From Candidatus Eiseniibacteriota bacterium (GTDB lineage: Bacteria; Eisenbacteria; RBG-16-71-46; DASYSL01), in NCBI GenBank assembly GCA_031431875.1, contig JANPEF010000119.1, forward strand, positions 1 to 27,856: a DNA stretch of 27,856 nucleotides, written 5' to 3'. The position numbers and the translations under genes are program-made. Positions 15,466 to 21,796 of this stretch are shown here, one piece after another. The notes beneath the pieces are model-generated. The model made no database searches. It saw nothing but the letters and a program-made list of their open reading frames with translations, and was not told the origin of the DNA. Positions within the stretch are counted from its first letter, which is position 1. Every line of letters begins with the position of its first letter.

Positions 15466-16302
15466 CTACTCCTTCATGTTCGGACCGCCGGCGGGCGTTC
15501 CGTCGAACTGCACGCGGCGCACGCCGCCGAGGATGCGGTCCCCCGCCGGGCGCAGCCCCGCGAGTTCGACCGGATCCCCCGTCTCGACGCGCCAGCCGAA
15601 CACCTCGCCCAGCGCGCGGGCCGCCTCGTCGGCGGTCGCGTCGACTGCATGGGCCCGCCCGGTGGCGCGCTCCAGCGAGGTGACGCCGTGCCCGCGGATG
15701 CCGCACGGCACGATCAGATCGAAGAACGACAGGTCGTTCGCCACGTTGAGGGCGAACCCGTGCGACGTGACCCAGCGGTCGACGCGCACGCCCATCGCGC
15801 AAATCTTGTCCAATCGCTCCGACCCGCCCCCTGCCGGCAACCACACGCCGGTGAAGTCCGGATGCCGCCTTGCGGCGAGCTCGTGCCGCGCGAGGAGTGC
15901 GATCATCGCCTCCTCGAGCCGCCGCAGGTACAGGCCGACGTCCTTTCCGTGCTGCTTCAGGTCGACGATCCCGTAGCCCACCAGCTGCCCGGGACCGTGG
16001 AACGTCACGTCGCCACCGCGCGTCGTCTCGTAGACCTCGACGCCGCGAGCCGCGAGCAGCGCCGGCGGTGCGACCACGTTTTCGTCGTCGTGCGCCGCGC
16101 GGCCGATCGTGACCACGGGCGGATGCTCGAGGAACAGGAACGTATCGGGGATCTCCCCCTGCTGCCGCCGTTCCACGAGCGCCTGTTGCAACTCCGCCGC
16201 CTCGAGGTAGCCGAGCCGGCCGAGCCAGTACGTGCGCGCCGGCTGCGGCTGGCCGTCGCCGGCGTCGCGACTAGAAATGGATCGCCATTCCGTAGACGGC
16301 AT
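15466..16302 (-). CDS. lipB: Lipoyl(octanoyl) transferase
   Basis: LEHPPVVTIGR, RGGDVTFHGPGQLVGY, KICAMG, HGFALN, IVPCG. The start is uncertain because it overlaps lpdA by 32 nt. Confidence 0.93.
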   Translation of the reverse strand: MPSTEWRSISSRDAGDGQPQPARTYWLGRLGYLEAAELQQALVERRQQGEIPDTFLFLEHPPVVTIGRAAHDDENVVAPPALLAARGVEVYETTRGGDVTFHGPGQLVGYGIVDLKQHGKDVGLYLRRLEEAMIALLARHELAARRHPDFTGVWLPAGGGSERLDKICAMGVRVDRWVTSHGFALNVANDLSFFDLIVPCGIRGHGVTSLERATGRAHAVDATADEAARALGEVFGWRVETGDPVELAGLRPAGDRILGGVRRVQFDGTPAGGPNMKE

Positions 16303-17686
16303 GCGCAGTCTCGCCCAGCGCCTCCGACAGCGTCGGATGCGCGAAGACGGTGTTCTGCACGCTCTGCACGGTCGCCTCGTGCGACAGCATGACGCCCGCG
16401 GCGGCCAGCAACTCGGTCGCCTTGGGGCCGATGATGTGCACGCCGAGGACCTCGTCGTACTTCTTGTCGGCGACGATCTTCACGAAGTAGCCCTGATGCT
16501 GGTCGAGGATCAGCGCCTTGCCGATGCCGACGAAGGGGAACTTGCCGACCTTCACGTCGTAGCCGCGCTCCTTCGCCTTCTTCTCGGTGAGGCCGACCGA
16601 GGCGACTTCGGGGAAGCAGTAGGTGGCGTTGGGGACCTTGTCCATGTTCATGGGCTCGGTCTCCTTCCCCGCCAGGTGCGTCACCACGTGGATGCCCTCG
16701 TGCGACGCGGCATGCGCCAGCCACGGCGCCTTGATGATGTCGCCGATGGCGTAGATACCCTTGAGGTTGGTCGCGAACGTCGCCGGGTCGTGGATCACGT
16801 AGCCCTTGTCCGTCTTCACGCCGACGGTCTCGAGGCCGATGCCCTCGGTGTTGGGCTTGCGACCGACAGCAACGAGGACCTTGTCGTAAGTCCCCTGCTC
16901 TTCCTTGCCGTCCTTGCCCTTGAGCGTCACCTCGGCCTGGTCCCCCGTCACCTTGAGCGACGTGACGGTCGTCTCGGTGCGGACCTTCATCCCCTGCTTG
17001 ACGAACGCCTCGGCGAGCGCCTTGCCGATCTCCTCGTCCTCGACGGGGACGACGGTCGGCATCATCTCGACCAGCGTGACCTCGGAGCCGTAGCGCAGGT
17101 ACACCGATGCGAACTCGGAGCCCACGGCGCCCGCGCCGATGACGAGTAGCGATCTGGGCACCGCCGGCAGCTTCAGGATGTCGTCGGAGTTGAGGACCAC
17201 CTTGTGATCGACGGGCATCGACGGGATGTCGCGGCACTCGGAGCCGGTGGCGAGGATGATGTTCTTCGCCTGCACCTCCCCCGTCACCTTGCCGTCGTTG
17301 TCCTTGAGCGCGATCTTGTTCGCCGAGACGAGCACGCCGAAGCCCTGGAACGTGGTGACCTTGTTCTTCTTGAGCAGGCCCTTCACGCCGGTGGCGAGCT
17401 GGTTCACCACCTTGTCCTTGCGCGCCATGGTGAGGCCGATGTCGAGGCTCACGCCCGTGGCGATGACGCCATGGGTCTTGGCGTGTTTGAACTCGTCGAG
17501 CAGGTCGGCGGTATGGAGGAGCGCCTTGGTCGGGATGCAGCCGCGATGCAGGCAGGTGCCGCCGAAGAAGGGATCCTTCTCGATGATCGCGGTCTTGAGA
17601 CCGAGTTGGCCGGCGCGGATCGCGGCGACGTATCCGCCGGGACCGGAGCCGAGAATCGCCACGTCGAAGACTTCGTTCTGAGCCAA
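16271..17686 (-). CDS. lpdA: Dihydrolipoamide dehydrogenase E3 (471 aa)
   Basis: Start corrected to TTG 17686 (GAGGAG about 8 nt upstream). GSGPGG, GGTCLHRGCIPTK, GAGAVG, HPTLSE. Confidence 0.96.
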   Translation of the reverse strand: MAQNEVFDVAILGSGPGGYVAAIRAGQLGLKTAIIEKDPFFGGTCLHRGCIPTKALLHTADLLDEFKHAKTHGVIATGVSLDIGLTMARKDKVVNQLATGVKGLLKKNKVTTFQGFGVLVSANKIALKDNDGKVTGEVQAKNIILATGSECRDIPSMPVDHKVVLNSDDILKLPAVPRSLLVIGAGAVGSEFASVYLRYGSEVTLVEMMPTVVPVEDEEIGKALAEAFVKQGMKVRTETTVTSLKVTGDQAEVTLKGKDGKEEQGTYDKVLVAVGRKPNTEGIGLETVGVKTDKGYVIHDPATFATNLKGIYAIGDIIKAPWLAHAASHEGIHVVTHLAGKETEPMNMDKVPNATYCFPEVASVGLTEKKAKERGYDVKVGKFPFVGIGKALILDQHQGYFVKIVADKKYDEVLGVHIIGPKATELLAAAGVMLSHEATVQSVQNTVFAHPTLSEALGETAHAVYGMAIHF

Positions 17687-17743
17687 GGCCCTACTCCTCG
17701 TGAGCGGGACGTGCGGATCGTGTGCAGCGGTGGATTCGGGTGG

Positions 17744-17772
17744 ATTTTCGGCAGGGACGGGTGGGGGGTCAA
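17744..17772 (-). promoter_or_regulatory. Putative sigma70 promoter of the lpdA operon
   Basis: Minus strand: TTGACC, 17-bp spacer, GAAAAT. Confidence 0.55.
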
Positions 17773-17930
17773 GCGCGGACGTCCTCTGAGGAGGGTGCGG
17801 GGATGACAATTCTTGTGGCTAGCGCAACTGATACGTCATTGATACGGTATTGACCGCAAGAATGACTCAGCCACCGTCGAGCTCAGAACATGCAATCACT
17901 TGTAGGGCATCACTTTAGAAGATCGACAGG

Positions 17931-18290
17931 TCAGCGTTCGAGCGGCCGCTGCCGGAGCCTTTCACGCTCGAGGATCGAAAGCATCGACGCGAACTCCAGA
18001 CCGGACTGCTCGAACAGTTCGATCAAGAGGTGGCCTGGTTCGGAAGGATCTTGAGGGACGAAGCGGAGAAGCAGGATTCCGCAAGGGGCCGAGAGGCCGC
18101 CGCGCAGGGTCAGCACACCGAAATCGAGATCGAACGTCAGGATCAGCCGACGATCTTCGGTCGCTCGAGCGAGCAGAACGGAATCCGACAGCCGTGGCAT
18201 AACTTCTGATGCTGCAAGGACATCATGGCCTGCATCGCGGAGGAGCCGGACGCTCGGCCTGGGGATGTTCTCGTCGGCGAAAAGCCGCAC
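17931..18290 (-). CDS. DUF5615 family PIN-like putative toxin (VapC45-like)
   Basis: RLFADENIP...LRDAGHDV...SDSVLL...LILTFDLDFG. The GTG start overlaps the upstream TAG. Confidence 0.88.
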   Translation of the reverse strand: MRLFADENIPRPSVRLLRDAGHDVLAASEVMPRLSDSVLLARATEDRRLILTFDLDFGVLTLRGGLSAPCGILLLRFVPQDPSEPGHLLIELFEQSGLEFASMLSILERERLRQRPLER

Positions 18291-18529
18291 TAACCCGTCC
18301 TGCGCCGCCGGGGGAGGAAGCCTTCAGCGCCCAGGGACTCCGCGGCATAGGCGAAGACGGCGCGGAGGGAATCGATGGAGAGGGCGGAATAGCTGTCGAG
18401 GACCTGCGCATCGGTCCATCCGGCAGCATAGAGCCCGAGAACGAACTCAACGGACAGGCGAGTCCCTCGGACGACGGGCTTGCCCCCGAGAGTCTCGGGA
18501 CTCGTCTCGATGTGATCGCGCCAGTTCAT
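18290..18529 (-). CDS. DUF433 family putative antitoxin (VapB45-like, 79 aa)
   Basis: IETSPETLGGKPVVRGTRLSVEFVL...YSAL...AVFAYA. Start set to ATG 18529. Confidence 0.9.
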   Translation of the reverse strand: MNWRDHIETSPETLGGKPVVRGTRLSVEFVLGLYAAGWTDAQVLDSYSALSIDSLRAVFAYAAESLGAEGFLPRRRRTG

Positions 18530-18639
18530 GGCAGAAAGCCTAGCACGATTCGAGTACGGGAACCCCCGCATCTCGGGCGGATGGCTCCCCTGCGCCGCCG
18601 GTGCGACAATCCGCTCAGGTCCCGTCTCTGGAGGTGTCC

Positions 18640-19185
18640 ATGACCACAGCCGCCACCCCTCTCGCCGGCCGCCGCATCGCGCTCCTGGTCGCGCCGATGT
18701 ACCGCGACGAGGAGGTGTTCGAACCGCTCGCCGAGCTGAGTGCGCGCGGCGCGACCGTCACGGTGCTCGGGATCGACGGCTCGCCGGTGCTCGGCAAGCT
18801 CGGCGGCGTGGTCGAGCCCGACGGCTGCATCGTCGACGCGCGGCCGGACGACTTCGACGCGGTGATCATCCCGGGCGGGCAGGCGCCCGAGCGGCTGCGG
18901 CTCGACCTGGCAACGCTTGCCTTCGTGCGCGAGTTCGCGCGGCGGGGGGCGACGATCGCGGCGATCTGCCACGGGCCGCAGGTGCTCATTTCTGCAGACC
19001 TGTTGCGCGGGCGACGTGCCACCTGTTACGAGGGAATCCGCGACGACGTGAAACTCGCCGGCGCGCACTACGAGGATGCGCCAGTCGTCGTCGACGGGAA
19101 CCTGATCACGTCGCGCACGCCCGACGACCTGCCGTCGTTTCACGATGCGATCACCGCCGCGCTCGCGGCGTCGCCCCGACCCTGA
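18640..19185 (+). CDS. DJ-1/PfpI family (type 1 glutamine amidotransferase-like) protein, 181 aa
   Basis: GGAGG then ATG 18640. FDAVIIPGG, AAICHGPQVL, VVVDGNLITSRTPDDL. Confidence 0.92.
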   Translation: MTTAATPLAGRRIALLVAPMYRDEEVFEPLAELSARGATVTVLGIDGSPVLGKLGGVVEPDGCIVDARPDDFDAVIIPGGQAPERLRLDLATLAFVREFARRGATIAAICHGPQVLISADLLRGRRATCYEGIRDDVKLAGAHYEDAPVVVDGNLITSRTPDDLPSFHDAITAALAASPRP

Positions 19186-19193
19186 GGAGGAGC

Positions 19194-19991
19194 ATGGAAC
19201 TGGGACTCGCAGGAAAGGTCGCCCTGATCGGCGGCGCCAGCATGGGCCTGGGCCGCGCCTGTGCCGCGTCACTGGCGGCCGAGGGCGTGAAGACCGTGAT
19301 CGTGGCGCGCAACCCGGCGCGCCTGGCCGAGACCGCGCAGGCCATCGCGAAGGAGCACAGAGCCGAGTGTCATCCGTTCACCGCCGACCTGTCCACGGCC
19401 GAAGCCTGCGAGGCCGCGGTCGCCGAGGCGGTGAAGAAGTTCGGGCGCCTCGACATCGTCGTGTCGAACGCGGGCGGCCCGAAGCCGGGCACGATCGACG
19501 AGCTCTCGGATGATGACTGGCGCAACGGCTTCGAGCTCACGTTCCTGTCGACGGTGCGCCTGGCGCGCGCGGCGGTGGGGGCGATGAAGCGTGGGCCCGG
19601 CAACGGCGGGCGCATCGTGATCATCGGCTCGGGCTCGATGGTGGCGCCGATCGGCAACCTCGCGATCTCGAGCGGACTGCGCCCCGGCCTGCGCGGTGTC
19701 GCCAAGCTGCTGGCCGAGCGCCACGCGAAGGATGGCATCACGGTGAACATCGTCGCACCCGGCCTGGTCAGGACCGAGCGCCTGATCGAGGTCGCGCACG
19801 GCACGCCCGGGGCCGGCACGCGCGAGGGCGCGGCACGGCTGTTCGAGCGCTGGGCTGCCGAGATCCCCGCGGGGCGCCTGGGTGAGCCGGCGGAAGTGGG
19901 GGATGCGGTCGCGTTCCTCGCCTCGGATCGCGCGGCCTACGTGACCGGGCAGGTGCTGATGGTCGACGGCGGACGGCACCGCTCGCTGTGA
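19194..19991 (+). CDS. SDR family oxidoreductase (BKR-like subgroup, 265 aa)
   Basis: GGAGGAG then ATG 19194. GASMGLG, NAGGP, VNIVAPG, YVTGQVLMVDGG. Confidence 0.92.
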   Translation: MELGLAGKVALIGGASMGLGRACAASLAAEGVKTVIVARNPARLAETAQAIAKEHRAECHPFTADLSTAEACEAAVAEAVKKFGRLDIVVSNAGGPKPGTIDELSDDDWRNGFELTFLSTVRLARAAVGAMKRGPGNGGRIVIIGSGSMVAPIGNLAISSGLRPGLRGVAKLLAERHAKDGITVNIVAPGLVRTERLIEVAHGTPGAGTREGAARLFERWAAEIPAGRLGEPAEVGDAVAFLASDRAAYVTGQVLMVDGGRHRSL

Positions 19992-20755
19992 AGAAACTCG
20001 GCATCGCCCTGTCGGGCGGGGGGGCGCGCGGCGCGGCGCACACCGGCGTCCTGCGCGTGATCCAGCGCGAAGGCATCCCGATCCACTGCATCGCGGGCAC
20101 GTCGAGCGGCGCGATCGTCGGCTCGTTCCACGCCGCCGGCGCGCCGCCCGAGAAGCAGCTCGCGTTCGCCCAGCGCCTGCGCTGGCGTTCGCTGCGCATG
20201 ATCGGGATCCCCAAGATGGGGTTCTTCCACACGGGCGAACTGGAGAAGTTCCTCATCGAGTCGATCGGCGACGTGCGCTTCGAGGAACTGAAGATCCCGC
20301 TCGCCGTCGTCGCCACCGACTTCCGCACCGCGCAGCCGGTCGTGTTCAGGAGCGGCCGCGTCGCCCCGGCGGTCGCCGCGAGCGCGGCGATCCCGATCGT
20401 GTTCTCCCCGGTGATGCACGGCGAGATGGTGCTGGTCGACGGCGGACTGTCGAACAACCTGCCGTCGGACATCACGCGGCAGATGGGTGCGGAGATCGTG
20501 CTCGGCGTCAGCGTGCTCTCGGTGTTCGACGAGCAGCGCCGCTACCAGAGCTTCTTCGACATCGCGCTGGGGACGATGGACCTGATGTCGCGCACGTCGA
20601 ACGAGCGGGGGGCGGCCGACTGCGACCTGTGCCTCTCGCCATTGCGCGGGCCGCGTTCGCCGTCGGACCTGGCCCGCGCGCCGGCGATGGTCGCCGAGGG
20701 CGAGGCCGCGATGCTGCGGGCGCTGCCGCGGCTCAGGGAGTTGCTGGAAAGCTGA
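19988..20755 (+). CDS. Patatin-like phospholipase
   Basis: LSGGGARG, GTSSG nucleophile, DGG motif. GTGA overlap with the SDR stop. Confidence 0.93.
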   Translation: MKKLGIALSGGGARGAAHTGVLRVIQREGIPIHCIAGTSSGAIVGSFHAAGAPPEKQLAFAQRLRWRSLRMIGIPKMGFFHTGELEKFLIESIGDVRFEELKIPLAVVATDFRTAQPVVFRSGRVAPAVAASAAIPIVFSPVMHGEMVLVDGGLSNNLPSDITRQMGAEIVLGVSVLSVFDEQRRYQSFFDIALGTMDLMSRTSNERGAADCDLCLSPLRGPRSPSDLARAPAMVAEGEAAMLRALPRLRELLES

Positions 20756-20827
20756 AGCCGACGACCGGCCGGTGGGCAAGCTGCCCAGTTGACTGTTCCC
20801 GAACAGTCGATTGGGCAAGTTTGGGCG

Positions 20828-21646
20828 CTAGAAGTGCAACGTCACCTGCGCGCCGTCGGGCCCGATGCCGAACACGGGCCCGGCGGCGTTCGCATGCGTA
20901 CCGCCCGCATCGTCGCCCGCGACAGCGCGGCCGACGGTGAGCCCGATCGCCGCACCCGCCAGCACGTCGGAGAAGTAGTGCTTGCGGTCCTCCATGCGGC
21001 CGAGGCCGGTGCCGACGGCGAGCACGTACGCCGGGACGGCCGCCAGCGGGCCGAAGCGACGAGCCAGCACCGGCGCCACCGCGAACGCCGCAGCCGTGTG
21101 CCCGGACGGGAAGGACCAGCCGCCGCCGCTCGGGCGCGTGCGGTCCACACCGATCTTGATCGCCGAGACGAGCACCCCCGTGTAGACGAGCGAGCGCGCC
21201 ATCTCGCCAGCGGCGCCGCGCAGGTTCGCGTCGCCCGTCGTGGCGCCGGCCGCGAACAGCGCGAGCGCACTCCCCGCCAGGATCGCGCCGTGTCCGTAGG
21301 TGTTGCCGACGTCGAGGCCTCCATCGAGGGCGGGCCGGTCGAGCATGGTCTCGACGTGATCCGGGTTCTCCTTGCCCTGGACCGCCAGCGCAAGGGCGCC
21401 ACCGGTGAGCAAGACGCGCAGCGATTGGGGCGAGGCCAGGCGGTCGAGATCGCGGCGCAGGAACGAGCGCGCGGCGGCGGACTCGCTGAACTCGCTGCCG
21501 AGCGCGGGGATGTCGGGATCGCCGGTGTGCGGCGCGGCGTGCAGCAGGGGTGGGGCGACGGCAAGGGCGGCGGCCGCCACGAATGCGGCGAGCCCGGCCT
21601 GAAGGCGACGCGCACGGCGGCAGAGCAGGGTGGAGTGTCGGGGCAT
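20828..21646 (-). CDS. PAP2 family phosphatase, membrane-associated (272 aa)
   Basis: Start corrected to ATG 21646 (GGGAG upstream). K...RTRP, FPSGH and GRMEDRKHYFSD motifs. Hydrophobic segments. Confidence 0.88.
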   Translation of the reverse strand: MPRHSTLLCRRARRLQAGLAAFVAAAALAVAPPLLHAAPHTGDPDIPALGSEFSESAAARSFLRRDLDRLASPQSLRVLLTGGALALAVQGKENPDHVETMLDRPALDGGLDVGNTYGHGAILAGSALALFAAGATTGDANLRGAAGEMARSLVYTGVLVSAIKIGVDRTRPSGGGWSFPSGHTAAAFAVAPVLARRFGPLAAVPAYVLAVGTGLGRMEDRKHYFSDVLAGAAIGLTVGRAVAGDDAGGTHANAAGPVFGIGPDGAQVTLHF

Positions 21647-21796
21647 CGGGACTCCCAGGGTGACCGGTCGACTGGCACTACCCGGGGGGGAAGGCGCAGT
21701 TCCCGCGGGCCCGGGCCCGGGCCGGCCGGGTACACTGCTGGCCGTGCGTTCTGCATGAAATCGAGGTTCAGGGGCGAACGCCGTGGAGGCCGGGCG

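Noticed and set aside
18528..19193. Apparent N-terminal extension or fusion on the SDR (487-aa ORF)
   Set aside because: An out-of-frame read of the PfpI gene. The SDR has its own RBS and ATG at 19194.
19655..19690. SDR lacks the YxxxK motif (LAISSGLR)
   Set aside because: Typical of a known atypical BKR-like SDR subgroup, so not evidence of pseudogenisation or novelty.
20018..20024. G7 run in the patatin gene and G7 at 21684-21690
   Set aside because: Short runs. The first encodes the conserved Gly-rich loop in frame, and neither coincides with a frame break.
20789..21796. Apparent 336-aa N-terminal extension of the CHAT protein, and the reciprocal extension of PAP2 to 22264
   Set aside because: Each extension is antisense to the other real gene. 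RBS-supported starts at 21797 and 21646 give signal-like N-termini.
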